This document shows, one piece after another, positions 50,029-60,135 of a stretch of 64,000 nt of DNA. The DNA comes from Pseudogracilibacillus sp. (GTDB taxonomy: Bacteria > Bacillota > Bacilli > Bacillales > Amphibacillaceae). Below the pieces are notes generated by a model that saw only the letters and a program-made list of their open reading frames with translations, was not told where the DNA came from and ran no database searches. Made by a program: the position numbers and the translations under genes. The DNA is taken from positions 10,243-74,242 of the forward strand of contig DATGTM010000081.1 in assembly GCA_035301845.1 (NCBI GenBank), given 5' to 3'. How positions within the stretch are numbered: position 1 is the first letter of the stretch; each line of letters starts with the position of its first letter.

Positions 50029-53000
50029 ATGTCATTCTCCTCTTTATGCAAATCTCGCAGTTTCTCTAACACTTCGTTTTCTTTAAGAGAAGTTAATTTT
50101 CTAAAATTATTTTCCTCTAATAAAGAATCAAATTGACAAACTGATTTAAAATCACAAAAAGTGCAAGCAATCCCTTCTTTGTTTTCATACGGATTTAAGT
50201 CCACTTTGCCTGATGTCATATGAATTCCCGCTTGATATATCAAATTCTCCATATGTTGTTTTAATATATCAAACGTCTCCGGACCTACTACTTTAGAATC
50301 TGCATAATAATCGCCGTTTTGTTTAAATCCTATTGGGGCAATATCACTGCGCCCTGTCGTTAACGACGTATCCATTAAACGGGCAGCCGTTTCTTCGGCA
50401 GAAATTAGACCTGACATTTTATATTTTTTAAATATCTCTTCCTCAATATCTTCATCTTTAAGCTGGGTCGCCCCCTGTAACATAGCGTCATGAACATGGA
50501 AGTAAAGCACGCCCGCAGGCTCTGCTTGTTTGCCCAACCATTCTTTTGATTGATTTAGTACAACATTTAAATAAGTCAACATTTGTAGAGCTAATCCATA
50601 ATATACATCTTCTAAATCAAGCCCTCTGGCACTCGATTTATAATCAATAATTCGCAAATACAAATGCTCATGCTGAATTGCTTCATCCACTCGATCTATT
50701 CTTCCTCTAAGCACGACTTCATACCCGTTTGGCAAGTTGATGGATACAGGATCTAGTCCTCCGTCATAACCAAATGACAATTCAATTCCAGCAGGCGTGA
50801 AACCACTAAGGCGAGCCTGCTCACTTAAAATATACGTAGCTTTCGCAATCGTAGCTTCCAGTTTGCGTTGAATATACTGATATCGGTTCGAGCTTTTTAA
50901 GATATGATGGTTAATCGCAGGCGATAAATGCTGAACCGATTTACTCGCATATGTTTTCGATTCGTCTTTAGTCATCGAAGCGAAACTGCGCCCTTCTTCT
51001 TGAATCCACTCTGTTATCGTTTTAATAGCTTCGTGAAACAAATGCCCAATATCCGGTGCATCCAGCTTGTATGTCCGTCTATCCTGTAATTTCAAATGAT
51101 ACTGAACAAAATGCTGATATGAGCAACGATATAACATTTCTAACCGGGAGACACTTGCTTTCACATGTTTAGGATACAATTCTTTGACGGTTTCCGGCTG
51201 TAAATCTACTGGATTATTTTCGTAAAATAAGCTTTGTAACACTTTATACGAAGTTGATGAAGTAGTTTCATGCTGAATGAACCATTCTAAAACATCTTGC
51301 CAAATTGGATCCAGTGCATAACCTTTAATCCCTCTTGCCAACTGGATGTTTAATGCATTTCTCGTTGTAGCCGGAGTAGTAATAAATCGTCTGGCATGGT
51401 ACAGCTCTTCCGCTTCAACGAGCAATTCAGGCTGTCCAATATTGGGAAATAAAGATTGGAGCCGTTGTATCATTGGTGAGGCACTCTTTTTTTTACCTTC
51501 ATTATCACTTAATACATAACTGACCCATAAATAATCAGAAGCACTTGTGAACGCTAAATACATATAAAATGTGTCATCCAGCAAGACCCGTCTGCTACTT
51601 GCTGCAAGTTTTAAACCAAATTGTTCTAAAAAAATTCGTTCTTCTTCATTAATCATGCCGTCCAATGCCGGCTTCATCGGCCATTGCCCTTCATTCACAC
51701 CTAACAAGAAGCCACAGGACTTCCCACTAATTCGAGAATGATCAATGGACGCAACAATAACATGATCCATTGTCGGAGGCACATGGGAAAATTCCAAGCT
51801 TTCTAAGCCTGCTGTGATAGTTTGTTGAAATAGTTTCAAACTTAATTTTTCATTACCTATCATTTCTACTGCTTCGTCTAATAATTGCATAACGCCATCC
51901 CATACTTGTTCTTGTTCTTTAGCTTTCTCTACTTCTCCTTGTGCATCATATGCAGCGCGTTCTTTTTCTAACTGCTTAGAAATATCGAGTTCCTCTATTA
52001 ACAAATACAAGCAGACACATCTTTCACGCACTGTAGTTGCTTCTTTAACTTTTTCATCAAATTGTTGCAGTGCTTGAACGACTTGCTGGCGATACGCATT
52101 AATTCTCTTTTCATGTTCTATTTCTTGATTCGTTTTTGCAGCTTGATTATAGCCGCCAAATCGATGATATTCCCAACTATCTTCCGATAACCATTGATTT
52201 TTGTTGCGAATCCCATATTCTAATACATAATTTTCTAATACATCAATCGCATCTCTCGTTAATGGATATGTATCATTTGAACTCGGGATATATCCTGTTT
52301 TTAATAAACGAAATACTGCTTCGTACCGCCAACGGGAATCAACTACATCAAATAAAGAGCGGATAAACTCAACCAGTGGGTGATTGAGCATAGTTTGTTT
52401 TTCATCCATAAACACCGGAATATTATAATCGTAAAAAACTGTTTGAATAATGTCATTATACGTTTCAGAATCACGCATATACATTACCATATCTTGAAAA
52501 CGATAATTTTCTTCCCGGATTAAACGATGAATTTCTTGAGCTACTGCTTCGATTTCCGCTCGCGGATGAACAGCTTCCTTTATTTGAATCGGCGAGGCTT
52601 CTTTCATTGGGTAAGCAGGCGCAGGTCGCTCATCAAAATATTGTTCCAAATGACCCATCACCGGCTTATCTGCAAATGAATTATAGGCAAGTCCAGGGTG
52701 TTCATTTTCCAAAACGGGAATATCTAACTCTTTTGCTGTTTGTAAAATTGTCTGATATGTATTTTTGGTTTGATAAAATAAATCCACTTCTGTTGTCTCC
52801 TGTTGATCAAACGAGGAAGGAAGCGTTAAAGAAACTGTGACATGGGACACTTTCTGTAATAATTCACTGATAATCAACAATTCTTTCGGTGTAAATCGAT
52901 GAAAACCATCAATATAAATCGTAGCGTCTTGAAATAACGAAAGAGATGGTATATGTTCCGCGAGCAATTGTAATTGATCTTCTCCGTCCATATACTTATC

Positions 53001-53516
53001 TCCAAATAAACGTGCCATTTCTGCATAAATATAGTACAAATCATCTAACTTATGTTGTAACGCAGGTTTCTCTCGCGTCGAATGCATCTGTTCCTGCAAC
53101 ATTTCCGGTGTTATACAATGCCGCTTAAACTCTGTCATCATTCCATCCAACTCTTGAATAAATCCTTGTTTATCTGCCGCCTTTTGAAAAACGTGAAACC
53201 CTTCCACTCGTTGTTCAATAATTTTCCTTAACATCATTTGTGTTCCAGTCGAGGACATGAATTGTTTTGTACTTCCACCAGCTTCTTGCAATACTCGCCA
53301 TGCCAAACGAGAAAAACTTACAATTTGCGCCCGTGTACTTCCTTTCACTTTGCCATCGTCGAAAAGCGCCGTTTCTTGTTGAAATGTCATTTGTTCCGGT
53401 ACAATATAAAAAATCGGGCTCCCACTAGGATCTCGTTGCAGCTCTTGCTTTATTTCATCTAAAATGAAATTTCCTTTTTGTATGCTGGACGCGCCTGTTA
53501 TCATACGTAATGTCAT
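50022..53516 (-). CDS. addB: Helicase-nuclease AddB
   Basis: VPEQMTFQ.E, SFSRLAWRV, SVSRLE...C, GRIDRVD, IIDYKSS, LQMLTY, C..C.....C Fe-S ligands. Confidence 0.97.
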   Translation of the reverse strand: MTLRMITGASSIQKGNFILDEIKQELQRDPSGSPIFYIVPEQMTFQQETALFDDGKVKGSTRAQIVSFSRLAWRVLQEAGGSTKQFMSSTGTQMMLRKIIEQRVEGFHVFQKAADKQGFIQELDGMMTEFKRHCITPEMLQEQMHSTREKPALQHKLDDLYYIYAEMARLFGDKYMDGEDQLQLLAEHIPSLSLFQDATIYIDGFHRFTPKELLIISELLQKVSHVTVSLTLPSSFDQQETTEVDLFYQTKNTYQTILQTAKELDIPVLENEHPGLAYNSFADKPVMGHLEQYFDERPAPAYPMKEASPIQIKEAVHPRAEIEAVAQEIHRLIREENYRFQDMVMYMRDSETYNDIIQTVFYDYNIPVFMDEKQTMLNHPLVEFIRSLFDVVDSRWRYEAVFRLLKTGYIPSSNDTYPLTRDAIDVLENYVLEYGIRNKNQWLSEDSWEYHRFGGYNQAAKTNQEIEHEKRINAYRQQVVQALQQFDEKVKEATTVRERCVCLYLLIEELDISKQLEKERAAYDAQGEVEKAKEQEQVWDGVMQLLDEAVEMIGNEKLSLKLFQQTITAGLESLEFSHVPPTMDHVIVASIDHSRISGKSCGFLLGVNEGQWPMKPALDGMINEEERIFLEQFGLKLAASSRRVLLDDTFYMYLAFTSASDYLWVSYVLSDNEGKKKSASPMIQRLQSLFPNIGQPELLVEAEELYHARRFITTPATTRNALNIQLARGIKGYALDPIWQDVLEWFIQHETTSSTSYKVLQSLFYENNPVDLQPETVKELYPKHVKASVSRLEMLYRCSYQHFVQYHLKLQDRRTYKLDAPDIGHLFHEAIKTITEWIQEEGRSFASMTKDESKTYASKSVQHLSPAINHHILKSSNRYQYIQRKLEATIAKATYILSEQARLSGFTPAGIELSFGYDGGLDPVSINLPNGYEVVLRGRIDRVDEAIQHEHLYLRIIDYKSSARGLDLEDVYYGLALQMLTYLNVVLNQSKEWLGKQAEPAGVLYFHVHDAMLQGATQLKDEDIEEEIFKKYKMSGLISAEETAARLMDTSLTTGRSDIAPIGFKQNGDYYADSKVVGPETFDILKQHMENLIYQAGIHMTSGKVDLNPYENKEGIACTFCDFKSVCQFDSLLEENNFRKLTSLKENEVLEKLRDLHKEENDIW

Positions 53517-53709
53517 CAAGTTACCTCCAAACAACTATGGTATCTTTCCTTTTTAAGAATGAAGTTATTAGGTTCATTTGGTGTTATGTATTTACCCTTA
53601 CATTATTGTTCTTTCAGCCATTATAATATAAATTATACAATTAGTAACTACAAAGCTTTCTAATCCGTATACAAAGTCTCTACATTTAATAAGCGATACA
53701 AGGAATCAT

Positions 53710-54234
53710 TTATATTTCTATTCTCGTTGTTTCTTTAAATGTTGTAGCATTTTTAATACGTTCGATTCGAGTGTCTAAAGAAAACCGAAACTGGGCAGTC
53801 CGATGAAGTTGATTCTGCATGGAACCAAAGGATATATTCACTGCAATTCGATATTCGTTATTAAAGACAATTTCTGTTCCGGAACCGTTTTGAATGGGGA
53901 ATATATGTGTAATGTGAGTATGAGATAACCATGAACAGGTCTTTTTGGATGGTGAGGCAGTAGGAAAGAAATACATGCCGCTTCTTGAATCAATCGCAAT
54001 GGGTGCCTTATGTGTAATATTGCTAATATTTTTCGTTCCTCTTTGCAAGCCTTCTAAATTTTGCCCATAATACTGACATGCTTTGTCCATCATTTTCGTA
54101 GGTGTGATACTGACGGAGTAATTTTGCGATTCCTCTAAAACAACTGTATGAACCAGGCCTTCTTCATTTGTCTTGCTTAAAAGTGCCATAGTCAGTGGAG
54201 TAACCTCGTAGGAGAAGTCAATACGATTATTCAC
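53710..54234 (-). CDS. comK: Competence transcription factor ComK
   Basis: Y...P.TMALL, ..AC.YYG...G...GT.....THK.PI.I.....YFFPT.SP....C.W.SH; adjacent to addB. Confidence 0.9.
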   Translation of the reverse strand: MNNRIDFSYEVTPLTMALLSKTNEEGLVHTVVLEESQNYSVSITPTKMMDKACQYYGQNLEGLQRGTKNISNITHKAPIAIDSRSGMYFFPTASPSKKTCSWLSHTHITHIFPIQNGSGTEIVFNNEYRIAVNISFGSMQNQLHRTAQFRFSLDTRIERIKNATTFKETTRIEI

Positions 54235-54492
54235 TTGAATGCATCATCCTTTCAAAGTTAAAAGAACAATAATGTTAGGGATTACCTATTAATTTAACAG
54301 AAAATTCTCTAAATATAAAGCGATATGATTATTTTTAACTAATTCATCTTTACAAAAATAAGTTTTCATTCTTTTATAGTTAAAAAAGACCTATTAGAAT
54401 TGACTCTAACAGGTCTCTTTATTTTATGGAACTTACTAACAACTATTCATCCAAAATATAGTTGAAATAGTTGTTTGAACGCTACCTATTCA

Positions 54493-55488
54493 TTAAAAAA
54501 TTAAATCAACAAACTCTTCTTTGGTTATTTTTCCTAAGTAATAGCTTACATCTATGTTTTTTAATGCGTTTTCTACCGCACTTTTTTCATGTTTTACGTT
54601 TTCTAATGCTTGTTCTATTTCCGTAACTTCACCTAGACCGAAAAAGTCACCAAATATTTTACAGTTTTCAATTTTTCCATTTTTCACATCTAAGCGGATA
54701 TCCAAAAGACCAGAAGGGAATTTATGAGAGACTTGCTTATTATACTTCGGTGACTTCCCATAATTCCATTCCCATTTTTGGTATCTGTTGCGGGATATTT
54801 CATAAATATTGTCCCAATCTTCTTGTGTTAACACATATTCAGACACTTCTGACACATCTTTTACATTAAAAATATACTTTAAAATGAGCGATTTAAACTC
54901 TGACATCGAAACGTTATTGTCCAGATATTCTGAAATATTGGCTACTCGGCTGCGGATAGATTTAATCCCTTTCGATTCTATCTTCTCCTTTTTGACATTT
55001 AAAGCAGAAACGACATTCTCTATTTCCGAATCAAACATTAGGGTTCCGTGACTAAACATTCGTCCTTTTGTAGAGAATTGCGCATTACCTGAAATTTTTT
55101 TGCCTTCAATAACCAAATCATTTCGGCCTAACAGTTCAGCAGGGACATTCATTTGGTTTAATGCTTGAACAACGGGTTCGGTGAATTTTGCAAAGTCATG
55201 AAAACTTTCTCCATCGTCTTTCGTAATAAAACTAAAATTCAAATTACCTTGATCATGATAAACAGCTCCACCGCCTGATAAACGCCGTACTACTTTAATA
55301 TTGTTATCTTCAACATAATCTGTATTCACTTCTTCTATTGTATTCTGGTTTTTCCCAATAATAATAGAAGGTTCGTTAATATAAAACAATAAATACGTAT
55401 CTTCCGCCCCAAAGTTCTTCAAGACGTACTCTTCAATTGCTAAATTAACATAAGGATCAGTAATTCCTTTATTATCGATAAATTTCAT
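54493..55488 (-). CDS. lplJ: Lipoate-protein ligase
   Basis: NLAIEEY, IIGKNQN, RR.SGGGAVYHD.GN.NF, GRND...GKKISGNAQ, HGTL, WEWNYGKSP; synteny. Confidence 0.93.
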   Translation of the reverse strand: MKFIDNKGITDPYVNLAIEEYVLKNFGAEDTYLLFYINEPSIIIGKNQNTIEEVNTDYVEDNNIKVVRRLSGGGAVYHDQGNLNFSFITKDDGESFHDFAKFTEPVVQALNQMNVPAELLGRNDLVIEGKKISGNAQFSTKGRMFSHGTLMFDSEIENVVSALNVKKEKIESKGIKSIRSRVANISEYLDNNVSMSEFKSLILKYIFNVKDVSEVSEYVLTQEDWDNIYEISRNRYQKWEWNYGKSPKYNKQVSHKFPSGLLDIRLDVKNGKIENCKIFGDFFGLGEVTEIEQALENVKHEKSAVENALKNIDVSYYLGKITKEEFVDLIF

Positions 55489-55738
55489 ATCATATCCTCC
55501 TACAGTAAGTTTATCGTTGAAAAATCGTCTTTGAAATGCCAATAAATTTTATTGGAATACAATTACTACAACTGTTCACACTCGCAAATCGGAAACACGC
55601 GTATCTTGAGGAACAGCCTTGGTCACCTCGCCCCAAAGACATTTGCTGCTTAATATTTCTGAATAATGTTACATTATTTGACGATTTCTTCCTTCTCTTA
55701 TTTAAGTATAAACTTTTCACATTTATGTGCAAGTCAAA

Positions 55739-56467
55739 TTACGTCCAAGTTAATCCTTCATATGCTAAAACAATGTCTCCATTAAATTCTTCTTGTGCTT
55801 CTTCCACTAATTGCTGATGATTTCCATAATGAGGCAAATGACTTAATAGCAATTTGTCTACATTTGCTTCTCTTGCTATGTAACCAGCCTCCTGACTTGT
55901 CATATGTCCTGCTTCATCTCCAGCTTGCCCTTTATAAAAATTGCAATCTGCTATTAGTAAATCCGCATTTTTTGAAAAAGGAATCCACGATGATTGATAT
56001 GCTGTATCAGCTGTATATACTACAGTTCGTCTCCCATCTGTAATACGCATGCCATAACAAGGAACAGGATGATTTGTTTTTAGAAATCGAATAAAAAACG
56101 GTCCTAACTTTAACGTCTCTCTTTCAATATAAGGGACAGCCATCGTGTAATGATGTGTGAGAGATTCAAATGCCTCCAATGTTTCCGCATGGCCATAAAC
56201 AGGTATAATTGGCGGATTATCTTGAAAATACGATTGTACTAATAACGCATGTTGTAGTACACCAATGTCAGCAATATGATCTGCATGATAATGAGATACA
56301 ATAACAGCTTGCAATTCTGTTACTTTTTGATATTTTTGATAGGTTAATAACCCTCCACTTCCCAAATCAAGTAAAATACTATAATCATCTTTCTCAATCA
56401 AATAGGTTGAAGTCGCTCCTGTACTGGAAGGATACCCTCCCATGAATCCCAATACTGTTACCTTCAC
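55739..56467 (-). CDS. yhfI: MBL-fold metallohydrolase YhfI
   Basis: G..GGYP, SHYHADH..D, HPVPC, YTADT, GHMT, LL.HLP. Confidence 0.9.
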   Translation of the reverse strand: MKVTVLGFMGGYPSSTGATSTYLIEKDDYSILLDLGSGGLLTYQKYQKVTELQAVIVSHYHADHIADIGVLQHALLVQSYFQDNPPIIPVYGHAETLEAFESLTHHYTMAVPYIERETLKLGPFFIRFLKTNHPVPCYGMRITDGRRTVVYTADTAYQSSWIPFSKNADLLIADCNFYKGQAGDEAGHMTSQEAGYIAREANVDKLLLSHLPHYGNHQQLVEEAQEEFNGDIVLAYEGLTWT

Positions 56468-56648
56468 GTCTTTTATCCCTCCCATTTCTAATAAGTGACT
56501 CTACTATGATTATATCAGTTTTGAAATTCCATCTCTTAATATACGAACTTTTTGTCAGTCTTTATTTGCATATATGCTTATAAACTTGCGATTTTTTAAT
56601 AAAGTCAGTAAATTTCAAAAATTTCTTTTATTTTTGTACCAAAACAGG

Positions 56649-56678
56649 TTGACAACTTATATATTGTTATAGTACACT
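56649..56678 (+). promoter_or_regulatory. Sigma-A promoter of yhfH overlapped by a 12-bp pseudo-palindrome
   Basis: TTGACA-18-TACACT; TGTTATAGTACA at 56665-56676. Confidence 0.6.
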
Positions 56679-56740
56679 AGGTTTAACAAATTGATAATAA
56701 GTTATTAAATATATCTAAACTATCTAAGGAGGAATTATTT

Positions 56741-56869
56741 ATGATGAACGTACTTGAATTTTTCAGAACATTGCCACGAAAGAGATGTCACCATTGTGGA
56801 GCAGAAATGGTTGAAAAAGCTGACTGTTACGGCAATATCTGTGACTCTTGTGATCACCCTGCCCGCTAA
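56741..56869 (+). CDS. yhfH: YhfH family small Cys-rich (zinc-ribbon-like) protein; not in ORF track
   Basis: AAGGAGG RBS; MMNVLEFFRTLPRKRCHHCGAEMVEKADCYGNICDSCDHPAR; divergent from yhfI. Confidence 0.9.
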   Translation: MMNVLEFFRTLPRKRCHHCGAEMVEKADCYGNICDSCDHPAR

Positions 56870-56940
56870 ATAACAAACTGATGTAAAGAGTTTGTAAAGG
56901 GCTGTTATAGTAAGAAAACCTTCCTTTCCGGATGAATGTA

Positions 56941-56974
56941 AAGCAACTATGAAATCATAGTTGCTTCTTTTTTG
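56941..56974 (+). terminator. Intrinsic terminator after yhfH 3' UTR
   Basis: AAGCAACTATG-AAAT-CATAGTTGCTT followed by a T run. Confidence 0.85.
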
Positions 56975-57053
56975 TTTGATATTAGAACAGGCTATAGTAC
57001 AGATTTTTTTGATTAGCGACCATAGCCTGCTTTAAAAGATGTACTATAACAAC

Positions 57054-59468
57054 TTACATGGAAACTTCTACAGTATTGGATCGTTCTCCTACTTGATCTC
57101 CAATTGGATCGTATGGCACTACATAATAATTTTTCTTCTGGAATAAATGAAATTTGTCGATTACAAATTCTGTTTCACCTGTTACTTCACCTACCTTTTT
57201 GTCTTTGTCTTCTCCTTCCGTTTTTTCATAAATTCGATATACAATCCGATCATCACCAGCATCTTCCCAGGATAATTTGGCTTTCAGCACTTTCCACCCT
57301 CCAAACGCTGTGGAACTAGTAACGTCTGTTAAAGTTGGTAAATCAATAGGCTTTTCCAACTCTTGAAGTCCTTCAGGTTTAGAAAATTGTTGAGTCATTT
57401 CTTGCGTTTGACTTAACTCCGTTAAGATTTTTTTCGTCAATTCTGTTGGCAAAGCACTACTTCCTCCTAAAGAGTGATCCCCTTCATCATTGCCCATCCA
57501 AAGCGATGTAACGTAATCTGGCGTGTATCCTGCAAACCAAAAATCATTATTTTTATTTGTAGTTCCTGTTTTCCCTGCAAGTTCATACGGATAGTATCCG
57601 GCAGTTCCCGTACCATTGGTAACTACATCTTGAAGCATTTCCGTCATCGTCCAGGATACTTGATCTGAAAAGACTTCCGTTTCTTTTAACTCAGGAGCTG
57701 CCACCGTATTCCCTTTACGATTTGTTATTTCCGTAATTGAATGTCCTTCCACATAATTTCCGCCATTCGAAAAGGTACGGTAAGCTTCCGCTATTTGAAC
57801 AGGAGTTAATCCTTTTGACGTTCCACCTAATGCAATACTTAACTTATCATTATTTGTATCAAAATCGATTCCCATTTTTTGCAAATAGCTATCTGCATAA
57901 TCAACACCAATTTCATTTAACAACCAAGCTGCAGTTGTATTTTTAGATTGAATCAATGCATTATATAAGCTAATCGATCCTTCGTATTGATTATCAGCAT
58001 TCTTCACTTCTTTCCCATCGATTTCTTCTTTTTTATCGGGTAAACTTACGTAAGGATCGTATTCGTCTTTCTCTAAAGCAGGTCCATATACAGCTAATGG
58101 TTTTATAACAGAACCGGGCTGTCGTTGATTCATTTGAAATGCTCGGTTAAATCCTTTTTCTTCATAATCGCGCCCACCAATAGCCGCCGCAAGTTCACCG
58201 GACTTTGCATCCATCATAACAAACGAACCTTCCACACCTTCACCTTCTGGAAAATAAGCATTATTTTGAAATTGATCATATGCTATTTGCTGCGCATCTT
58301 CGTTTAAACCTGTTTTAATTTGATATCGATTTTTTTTCAATTCTTCTTCTGAAATCCCGTATTTTTCTTCGGCCTCGTGTTTAACCAAATCCACATATGC
58401 TTGGTACGCTGGATTTGATTTTCGTTGGGAGATATCTAAATCTAATTCCTGTTCACCTGCTTCTTCTTTTTCCGATTCACTAATTATATCCCCTTCGTAC
58501 ATTCTTTCTAACACCAAATTTCGTCGTTCCAAAGCCTTTTCAGGATGATCAATTGGTGAATATCCATTTGGTGCATTGACGATTCCTGCTAAAAGAGCCG
58601 CTTCATCCAATGTCAATTCATCAGCTGATTTATAAAAAAACTTATTCGATGCAGCTTCTATTCCATATTGCCCCTGACCAAAGTAAATCGCATTTAAATA
58701 GAGTTCTAAAATTTCATCTTTAGAAAATTCTCTTTCCAAATATAAAGCGATCATTACTTCTTTTGTTTTTCTAAGCCAAGATTTATCATTCGTTAAAAAT
58801 AAATTCTTAGCCACTTGCTGAGTAATTGTACTTCCACCCTCCGCCTTGCTCCTTGAAATAATATCTTTGTACAATGCTCGAAAGATCGAACGGAAATCTA
58901 GACCGGAATGGTCGTAAAACCGTTTATCTTCTGTCATCACAAATGCATCTTGCACGTTTTCCGGAATTTCCTCTAAATCTAAAGGAAGCCTGTATTGCTC
59001 ATACTCATATGATATTATCGAACCGTCTGCGGTCTCTATTGTAGTCGGAGGAGAAACTGCAAGTCTATCTTCATCGACAAAGATTCTTCCGCCGTATAAA
59101 ATAATGGTATAAGCAATTAATGCTAATACAACAACCGAACCTATAGAGATGCTGATTGTTTTTAGTTTCGGCATAAATCTTTTTCCGTCTTGTTCCCCTT
59201 CTTCTGATGACTCAGTTGACTCAGTCTCAGCAGCTTTCTGTCCATACCTTTCTTGCCTTGTTTTAGGTTCTTCTGTACTATCTGTATTTGCTTCTAATTG
59301 ATTCTCAATATTGTTTTCAGAATTGTTTTCAGAATTGTTTTCAGATTTTACTTCTTCATTGCGATAATGCCGTTCAGATCTTGTTTTAGGTCGCTCTTGT
59401 TTTTCTTCTTTTGTCTGATGCCTCTCTGAACGGGTTTTACGGTATTCATCTTTATTTTCTGAATCCAT
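57054..59468 (-). CDS. pbpF: Class A penicillin-binding protein (PbpF-like)
   Basis: GT motifs EDKRFY.H.G, GGSTITQQ..KN, RK..E, YLN.IYFG; TP motifs S..K, S.N, KTG. Divergent from hmoB. Confidence 0.88.
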   Translation of the reverse strand: MDSENKDEYRKTRSERHQTKEEKQERPKTRSERHYRNEEVKSENNSENNSENNIENQLEANTDSTEEPKTRQERYGQKAAETESTESSEEGEQDGKRFMPKLKTISISIGSVVVLALIAYTIILYGGRIFVDEDRLAVSPPTTIETADGSIISYEYEQYRLPLDLEEIPENVQDAFVMTEDKRFYDHSGLDFRSIFRALYKDIISRSKAEGGSTITQQVAKNLFLTNDKSWLRKTKEVMIALYLEREFSKDEILELYLNAIYFGQGQYGIEAASNKFFYKSADELTLDEAALLAGIVNAPNGYSPIDHPEKALERRNLVLERMYEGDIISESEKEEAGEQELDLDISQRKSNPAYQAYVDLVKHEAEEKYGISEEELKKNRYQIKTGLNEDAQQIAYDQFQNNAYFPEGEGVEGSFVMMDAKSGELAAAIGGRDYEEKGFNRAFQMNQRQPGSVIKPLAVYGPALEKDEYDPYVSLPDKKEEIDGKEVKNADNQYEGSISLYNALIQSKNTTAAWLLNEIGVDYADSYLQKMGIDFDTNNDKLSIALGGTSKGLTPVQIAEAYRTFSNGGNYVEGHSITEITNRKGNTVAAPELKETEVFSDQVSWTMTEMLQDVVTNGTGTAGYYPYELAGKTGTTNKNNDFWFAGYTPDYVTSLWMGNDEGDHSLGGSSALPTELTKKILTELSQTQEMTQQFSKPEGLQELEKPIDLPTLTDVTSSTAFGGWKVLKAKLSWEDAGDDRIVYRIYEKTEGEDKDKKVGEVTGETEFVIDKFHLFQKKNYYVVPYDPIGDQVGERSNTVEVSM
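59310..59345. repeat. 12-bp in-frame tandem repeat x3 (SENN)
   Basis: (ATTGTTTTCAGA)3 in the PBP cytoplasmic N-terminus. Confidence 0.9.
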
Positions 59469-59582
59469 TATATCACCCCTGCGCTTCCCATTATACGACA
59501 TTTTATAAAATAAAGTAATTTCAACCATTAATTTTGTCTATTTTAGGGAATATAATATAACATATAGAATAGGAGGGATTTT

Positions 59583-60092
59583 ATGTACAGTTTTACGACG
59601 ACTGGTACAACTGATTTTCTAAAACAAGTAGCAGAAAAGTATCCACATAAAACATTTTATTTTATGAGAAATGGGGGGACTACACTCGTTTATTACGAAG
59701 ATACCAATCCAAAAAGTATTTTTGTATCCGGAAAATCTTATCAAATTCAATATGGCGACTCAGAGTTAGTAGACAAAGGATTTGTCGTCCTCGATTTTAT
59801 TCCAATCACAGATGAAGAAGGTTCTTATTTTGAAGAAAAAGCAAAAAAGCAATTAAACGAACTTGCCAAAGACCCTGGAGTAACTGCTGTGAAATTATTA
59901 AGCGAGAAAGGGAACAATACATTTGTTATATTAACGCAGTGGAAAACGGAAGAACATCATGCACGTTGGAAAAAAATGTCGACAAAACAGGAATTAAATT
60001 TCGCAAAATCAGCTAAACTTCCAGCATACTTCTTAGAGAGACCGTTCACACATCATTATTATATGCTGAACAATGAGGCAGACGAACAATAA
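59583..60092 (+). CDS. hmoB: Heme monooxygenase HmoB/YhgC (ABM domain)
   Basis: T.GT.DFL N-terminus, S.F..G..Y, F.V...IP.T.E....FE, F.ILTQW; position next to pbpF. Confidence 0.8.
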   Translation: MYSFTTTGTTDFLKQVAEKYPHKTFYFMRNGGTTLVYYEDTNPKSIFVSGKSYQIQYGDSELVDKGFVVLDFIPITDEEGSYFEEKAKKQLNELAKDPGVTAVKLLSEKGNNTFVILTQWKTEEHHARWKKMSTKQELNFAKSAKLPAYFLERPFTHHYYMLNNEADEQ

Positions 60093-60135
60093 AAAAGTTC
60101 TAACTCAGTAATATGTACTGGGTTAGAACTTTTTA
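60091..60135. terminator. Bidirectional intrinsic terminator
   Basis: AAAGTTCTAACTCAGTA / TACTGGGTTAGAACTTT inverted repeat. Confidence 0.85.
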
